NCBI GenBank assembly: GCA_945861225.1
Contig: CAMATU010000002.1
Coordinates: 1-61,313 of the forward strand
DNA from: Klebsiella pneumoniae
GTDB lineage: Bacteria; Pseudomonadota; Gammaproteobacteria; Ga0077536
DNA: 61,313 bases
Direction: 5' to 3'
Under the pieces are notes generated by a model. It saw nothing but the letters and a program-made list of their open reading frames with translations. It had not been told where the DNA came from and searched no databases. The position numbers were made by a program, and so were the translations under genes. Positions 56,386-61,313 of the stretch are shown in pieces. Position 1 is the stretch's first letter. Every line of letters starts with the position of its first letter.

Positions 56386-58779
56386 ATGAAAGGCAATAAG
56401 CATCCGCAGAACGATGTCACGATCAATCCGTCAGGTAATCCCTCGATCCGCGATCTAATCTCGCAGATCGATCTGGATCGCCGACACTTTCTGAGTACCG
56501 CAGTTCACGCCTCGGCGCTGGCTGCGGTGAGTGGCCTGTCTACCGCCGGCTTACTGCTGCCTGGTACGGTGGAAGCTGCGCCAATTCTGCCGAGCAATGG
56601 TTTCGGCGGGATCGGTTTTGAGAGCATTGCAGCGAAGCTCGCACCAGTGGCGAATTCGGTAGAAGTGCCAGCCGGGTACACCGTTGAACTTCTCGCTGCA
56701 TGGGGACAACCGATCATGCCGGGCGCACCGGACTGGAATCCGGATGCGACGCAAACGGCCGCAGATCAGCTCAAGCAATTCGGCATGCATAACGATGGGA
56801 TGCATTTTTTCTCATTTCCGACGCGCGGCGGACTTTCCAATGTGCGTGGAATTCTGTGTGTGAACAATGAATACACCCACGAAGGAATTCTCCACGGTGC
56901 TGATGGGTTAGTCGGCACACTCGGTGTGACGATCGCGAAAGTGCGCAAGTCGCAAGCCGGCCACGGCGTTTCCATCATGGAAGTTCGCAAGAGCTTCGGC
57001 CCGGATGGGGACAAATGGGGAGTCGTGAAGACTTCACGCTATGGACGCCGCCTCTCCGCGAACACCCCGATGAGAATGTCCGGCCCCGCCGCCGGGCACG
57101 CGCTCTTAAAGTCCAAGAAGTTCTCGATCACGCCCACGGGTTCGACCGAGATCGGTTTCAACGATGGCTTCACTGCTTTCGGCACGCACAATAATTGCGC
57201 ACACGGCTATACGCCGTGGGGCACCTACCTCACCTGCGAAGAGAACTGGAACGGTAACTTCGGATCCAATGCCGGTGATCCTGCGCCGACAGATTCCTCA
57301 GTCGCGAACGGTCAGGTGCGTTACGGTGTTTCAGCGGCCGGATTCAACTATCAATGGCATGTCGCCGATCCGCGCTTCAATGCGCGCACCAATCCGCTCG
57401 AACCGCATCTCTACGGGTGGGTCGTCGAAGTCGATCCGTTTGATCCCAACAGCGTACCGGTCAAGCGTACTGCACTGGGGCGCATGAAAAAAGAAAGTGC
57501 GCATGTCGCGCTGAGCAAGGATGCAGAGAACACCCCAAAGAGAGTCGCGTTCTATATCGGCGACGACGAACGTAATGAGTATGTCTATAAGTTTGTCTGC
57601 GCTGGCGCATTCAATCCAACCAATCGCGCCGCGAATCGGGATCTGATGGATGCCGGTATTCTCTATGTCGCGAAATTCACGAATACCGCAGGCGCCAGTA
57701 ACGGGACTTTCCGAGGACAGTGGCTTGCGTTGGTGCCGGACACGCTCTCCGTGATTTCCAATGGCAATGGCGGCTTCTTCAAACTGGGCGAACTCACGCA
57801 GTTCGGTGCGCCGGTGCAAGGCACGGCCAATCCGAATGACGCGGAAGTCCAGGCATTGATTCTCATCAAGACCCGGCAGGCTGGCGACGCCGTCGGTGCG
57901 ACGATGATGGATCGTCCAGAATGGACTGCACTGCGCACTTACAACAATGGACATGGCAATGGTCCTTTAGGCTATGACGCGCAGCACCCGCTCGAACTTT
58001 ACTGCACGCTGACTAATAACAGCCGGCGCGGCGGTGGTGGGACTATCTCCGTGAACAACCCGAACGGTACGACCGGTGCCGGCACGGCGCGACCACCAGT
58101 CGATGTCGCGAATCCACGGCCGGACAACGACTATGGACACATCATCCGTTGGCGCGAAGACGGAAACTTCGTCACCGCCACCGGTTTTGAGTGGGATATC
58201 TTCACGATTTGTGGCGACACGCAGGTGCCGGTCACCAAGACGCTTGCCGCGAACTACCTGAAGGACAACTTCATCGGGGTGGCGACCGCTGACTCGGATT
58301 TCAACAAGAAGATCTACGAAGGCAGTATCAATGACGCGCCGAACGGCAGTGCCGACTTTGGGGCGCCTGATGGCCTGTGGTTCGACCAATTCGGTCGGCT
58401 ATGGATACAGACTGATCAAATTGGCGATGCCAGCGGCGATTTTGCCAACGTCGGTGCGAATGTCATGTGTTGCGCCGATCCGAACACCAAGGAAATTCGC
58501 CGTTTCCTGACCAGCCCACGGAACTGCGAAGTGACGGGCGTCATGAATACGCCAGATGGCAAGACCATGTTCGTCGGTATCCAGCATCCGGGTGAAGATT
58601 CACTGGCTGCGAATCCCACTGAGTTCAGCAATTGGCCACAAAGTCAGTTCGATAAGAACAGCGCGGGTGAACCATTGGCAGTGATCAACAAAGTGGTCCA
58701 GCCGATCGGTGCCAATATCCGCCCGCGCTCTTCGGTGCTGGTCATTACCCGCACCGACGGCGGGGTGATTGGCGCCTGA
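56386..58779 (+). CDS. phoX: PhoX-family alkaline phosphatase (DUF839), Tat signal
   Basis: DLDRRHFLSTAVHASALAAVSG. YTPWGTYLTCEEN is the hallmark motif. Also FDQFGRLWIQTD; 797 aa. Confidence 0.9.
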   Translation: MKGNKHPQNDVTINPSGNPSIRDLISQIDLDRRHFLSTAVHASALAAVSGLSTAGLLLPGTVEAAPILPSNGFGGIGFESIAAKLAPVANSVEVPAGYTVELLAAWGQPIMPGAPDWNPDATQTAADQLKQFGMHNDGMHFFSFPTRGGLSNVRGILCVNNEYTHEGILHGADGLVGTLGVTIAKVRKSQAGHGVSIMEVRKSFGPDGDKWGVVKTSRYGRRLSANTPMRMSGPAAGHALLKSKKFSITPTGSTEIGFNDGFTAFGTHNNCAHGYTPWGTYLTCEENWNGNFGSNAGDPAPTDSSVANGQVRYGVSAAGFNYQWHVADPRFNARTNPLEPHLYGWVVEVDPFDPNSVPVKRTALGRMKKESAHVALSKDAENTPKRVAFYIGDDERNEYVYKFVCAGAFNPTNRAANRDLMDAGILYVAKFTNTAGASNGTFRGQWLALVPDTLSVISNGNGGFFKLGELTQFGAPVQGTANPNDAEVQALILIKTRQAGDAVGATMMDRPEWTALRTYNNGHGNGPLGYDAQHPLELYCTLTNNSRRGGGGTISVNNPNGTTGAGTARPPVDVANPRPDNDYGHIIRWREDGNFVTATGFEWDIFTICGDTQVPVTKTLAANYLKDNFIGVATADSDFNKKIYEGSINDAPNGSADFGAPDGLWFDQFGRLWIQTDQIGDASGDFANVGANVMCCADPNTKEIRRFLTSPRNCEVTGVMNTPDGKTMFVGIQHPGEDSLAANPTEFSNWPQSQFDKNSAGEPLAVINKVVQPIGANIRPRSSVLVITRTDGGVIGA

Positions 58780-58889
58780 GGCAGGCGGCAATTCGGGCAG
58801 ACGCAACCACCTAAGCTCGGGACCGCTGCATTCGGCGGCGGTCCTCAATTGAATGAGAGGAAACCTAGATGAATATCAAGAATCTTATC

Positions 58890-58909
58890 GGCACGGCACG
58901 GCACGGCAC
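58890..58909 (+). repeat. Pentanucleotide tandem repeat (GGCAC)x4 inside a signal-peptide coding region
   Basis: Read directly as ggcacggcacggcacggcac. It lies between ATG 58869 (GAGGAA RBS) and the mature-domain frame that begins at 58924. Confidence 0.9.
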
Positions 58910-58923
58910 TGCTTGCCAGCGGC

Positions 58924-59544
58924 ATGATCACCGTGTCCGCACAGGCAGCCGTGGTGACCACCAATGCCGGCTTCGGCGTCTTTGAAGATTTCGAAGGCTT
59001 CGATGGCCTCGTCACCAAAGGACCACAGGCGTTGAATGCGGGAGCAGTCGTCACTTCCACGATCTTCTCGACGATCGGGGCTTTCGGCGTTGACTTAGTC
59101 AACAATGGAACGTGGGGCGCGGCGAACAATTTCGCCGGGATCGGCGATTTGTCGTCAATCCCGCTCACCGATGAAGGCTTCGTCGGCAGCATGACCTTTG
59201 ATCTCGACGTCGCGCGCAGTGGGGTGGGCGCAGATTTCAGCATCTATCACGACGGTTTGGAATCCGCCGTAATCACTATTGAAGCCCTCGGGGTGGGTGC
59301 CGAAGTTCTGGAGACCGCAACCTTCGCGGTGGACTTTAATGATCCACTCGGAACAAACACTGCGCTGTTCCGCGGCTTCGTCCATAACACGGCGGATATC
59401 GTTGCCCTGCGCGTCTCGGGAAATGGCTTCGTGGTGGATAACTTAAGTGCCGTGCCGGTGCCGGCAGCGCTGCCGCTGATGCTGGGCGGACTCGCGGCGT
59501 TGGGCGCCCATCGGCGTCGCCGTCACGCGGTCGTTTCCGTTTGA
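58924..59544 (+). CDS. Secreted protein of unknown family with CTERM sorting tail; 5' end out of frame with its signal-peptide start at 58869
   Basis: The ORF starts mid-signal-peptide (MITVSAQA-AVV). The tail is VPVPAALPLMLGGLAALGAHRRRR. See the repeat finding. Confidence 0.6.
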   Translation: MITVSAQAAVVTTNAGFGVFEDFEGFDGLVTKGPQALNAGAVVTSTIFSTIGAFGVDLVNNGTWGAANNFAGIGDLSSIPLTDEGFVGSMTFDLDVARSGVGADFSIYHDGLESAVITIEALGVGAEVLETATFAVDFNDPLGTNTALFRGFVHNTADIVALRVSGNGFVVDNLSAVPVPAALPLMLGGLAALGAHRRRRHAVVSV

Positions 59545-59583
59545 ATGAGTCCACGAAGTAATCGACTCGTGGAGACGTGCGTG

Positions 59584-59614
59584 AGCTGGGGGAACATTGA
59601 GGCATCCCCCAGCT
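59584..59614 (+). terminator. Hairpin (10-bp stem) after the 58924-59544 gene
   Basis: agctggggga-(11 nt)-tcccccagct. No clear T-tract follows. Confidence 0.3.
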
Positions 59615-59660
59615 TGAGCCGGTTCGACGGGCTGCATAATCTTTCTGCGCCCCGCTTGAT

Positions 59661-60503
59661 ATGACGTGCGTAAAACTGTCTGGATGGTCGCCAGCGCTTC
59701 TTTGGACAACGCTGGCGTTGACCCCCGTGGTGGTGTGCGCTGAACAGCTGACACTGACGCCGAGTAAAGACACCACGTTAAGTGAGGATGATTTCAACTA
59801 CTCAAACGGTGCAGGTCCTTCCGTTTTTATTGGAACGACGGCCGGCGGCCGGCGTCGCGCCTTATTGAAGTTCGATCTCTCGGGGTTGCCGGTCAGCGCC
59901 CAGATCACCAGCGCACAGCTGAGATTCTTTATCGATAGAAACGGCACAGGATCGGGCGCGGATTCCGCAACCCTGCACCGGATGCTCGCGGCATGGGACG
60001 AAGGGACTTCGTTTGCCACTGGCGGCACCGGCACGCAAGCTACCGAGATGGACGCGACATGGCAGTACCGTGTGTACGGCAACCCACCTGCTGTTCCCCG
60101 CATCGAATGGTCCAATCTCGGCAGTGATTTCGCATCGTCCGCGTCTGCAGCGATTTCGATTCTCAGTTTAGGCGCTTATACATTCTCAGCGACACCCACG
60201 CTCGTCGCGGATATTCAGGGCTGGGTTGTCGCGCCAGCCAATAATCATGGGTGGGTGTTTATTGGGCCGGAGGATGGTCGTTCACAAACCGTACGCCGCA
60301 TCCTGAGTCGAGAATCCAGTGACGTCGCGAATCGTCCGACCTTGACCATTGATTACATCGTCCCGCCAGTGACGATCCAGACGGTCCCCTTGCCAACCTG
60401 GGCGCTTTGGGTGCTCGGTGTGCTCGTATGCGCTGGAGGTGCTCGGGTGGCTCGACGCTCGATGAGACTCGGAAGTCTGAGTCACGAAAATCAGCCTGGA
60501 TAG
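59661..60503 (+). CDS. DNRLRE-domain protein with CTERM sorting tail
   Basis: Signal peptide. PSKDTTLSE...RRRALLKFDLSGLPVSAQITSAQLRF...WDEG matches the DNRLRE domain pattern. The tail is VPLPTWALWVLGVLVCAGGARVARR. Confidence 0.7.
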   Translation: MTCVKLSGWSPALLWTTLALTPVVVCAEQLTLTPSKDTTLSEDDFNYSNGAGPSVFIGTTAGGRRRALLKFDLSGLPVSAQITSAQLRFFIDRNGTGSGADSATLHRMLAAWDEGTSFATGGTGTQATEMDATWQYRVYGNPPAVPRIEWSNLGSDFASSASAAISILSLGAYTFSATPTLVADIQGWVVAPANNHGWVFIGPEDGRSQTVRRILSRESSDVANRPTLTIDYIVPPVTIQTVPLPTWALWVLGVLVCAGGARVARRSMRLGSLSHENQPG

Positions 60504-60602
60504 CGCGGCCAAGCGAAGTCAAGGTTAATCAACTCATTCCCGCGTAGCACTTTAGAGGCCTACCACGTGATTTTTATTTAGTCACTAAGACTGGTGTTTA
60601 GA

Positions 60603-60631
60603 CCGGCGTGGTCAAAAATAAGCCACGCCGG
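60603..60631. terminator. Bidirectional terminator hairpin between convergent genes
   Basis: ccggcgtgg-tcaaaaataag-ccacgccgg, flanked by a local AT-rich stretch. Confidence 0.45.
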
Positions 60632-60644
60632 CATCACTTTTGCC

Positions 60645-61076
60645 TCAAGCTGAATGAACCGACCTCCTGAGCAACTTGCGACGCGCGATCGTCGCGCATG
60701 CCACAGCGCTCGCGAGTACCGCGAACCGCGGGAGCATCGGTACTTTCTGCGCACTGACGACGGGTGCCGTTTGCACTTGAAAATCGCAGTCAAAGCCCAT
60801 GCCTGGTACCGCCGGCGAGGTATCTTGAATCCAGAAAGTGTAGGTGCCCGCAGCAAGTGGCGGGATGAACCCTGTGGCACCAAAGCCAGTGCCCATGGCG
60901 GCGAGGATCTCGGCACCCGCATCGACATGCGTGTACCCAAGCAATCCGACCGGGTTCTGAGTGTCGGAAGGAACGGTCATCTGCGCGCCCGCTCGGACGG
61001 CAATGAAAGACCGATTGCTGCCAGGGAAATTTTCCGCGCCCACGCGGATCGCCGCGAGGACATGCTGATTCGGCAC
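60645..61076 (-). pseudogene. 5'-truncated gene for a CTERM-tailed secreted protein
   Basis: The tail is VPMLPRFAVLASAVACATIARRKLLRR. There is no signal peptide. The reading frame is closed by a stop 5 codons upstream of the GTG, and sequence composition changes at about 61080. Confidence 0.45.
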
Positions 61077-61190
61077 CGTAAGCGTCTGCCGTCAGGGTCA
61101 GACCCCTCGTGCCCCCTCGTGCACAATACTCAAGCGGAGTACCACGCTACAATAAAACGACCAGTCCTGCCGAAGACTACCGAGGTCAAT

Positions 61191-61313
61191 ATGGGCTTGT
61201 CACATCGCGATAACGCTCATCATACCTATACCGACTACGTGACATGGCCTGAGGATGTGCGCTACGAGTTGATCGATGGTGTCGCCTATCTCATGGCGCC
61301 AGCGCCGACGCGA
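61191..61313 (+). CDS. Uma2 (DUF820) family endonuclease, 5' partial (runs off window)
   Basis: MGLSHRDNAHHTYTDYVTWPEDVRYELIDGVAYLMAPAPTR matches the N-terminal Uma2 pattern (Y-E-L-I-D-G...M-A/S-P-x-P). It is not in the ORF track because no stop lies inside the window. Confidence 0.55.
   Translation, partial: MGLSHRDNAHHTYTDYVTWPEDVRYELIDGVAYLMAPAPTR

Overview
61.3-kb GC-rich bacterial chromosomal segment. Gene content and the REP-like intergenic repeats look gammaproteobacterial (Xanthomonadales/Nevskiales-like), but that taxon is only a guess. There are about 55 protein genes and I saw no rRNA, tRNA, CRISPR array or transposase. The window has four parts. (1) 0-11 kb is a selenium-utilisation neighbourhood. 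Two ORF pairs in the supplied track are each a single gene interrupted only by an in-frame TGA. One is a GrdB/PrdB-family selenoprotein (3008-3904, U-x-x-C). The other is a thioredoxin-fold selenoprotein (7623-8759, W-S-S-W-U-G-C). The second lies directly downstream of a gene fusing an FAD oxidoreductase to selenophosphate synthetase (SelD). (2) 11-27 kb holds housekeeping and accessory metabolism. It includes an HDOD gene frameshifted in a (GC)n tract and a minimal arsR-arsI-aquaporin operon. (3) 27-39 kb is a phosphate-homeostasis block: ppx, ppk1, pstSCAB-phoU, with a Pho box upstream of pstS. (4) 45-61 kb is a phosphate-scavenging and cell-surface island. It carries two PhoD genes, one PhoX gene and several Pho-box-like arrays. 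Seven secreted proteins there end in the same VP(L/V)P-hydrophobic-Arg-rich tail, a PEP-CTERM/VPLPA-CTERM-like sorting signal. The island also has tandem paralogs, an in-frame 9-bp tandem repeat, a (GGCAC)4 tract that uncouples a signal peptide from its mature domain, and an in-frame TGA at the cysteine position of a lipobox. Most longer intergenic regions contain mosaics of at least three palindromic repeat families. Many long antisense ORFs in the track are GC-driven artefacts. All calls come from reading the sequence by eye; no searches were run.
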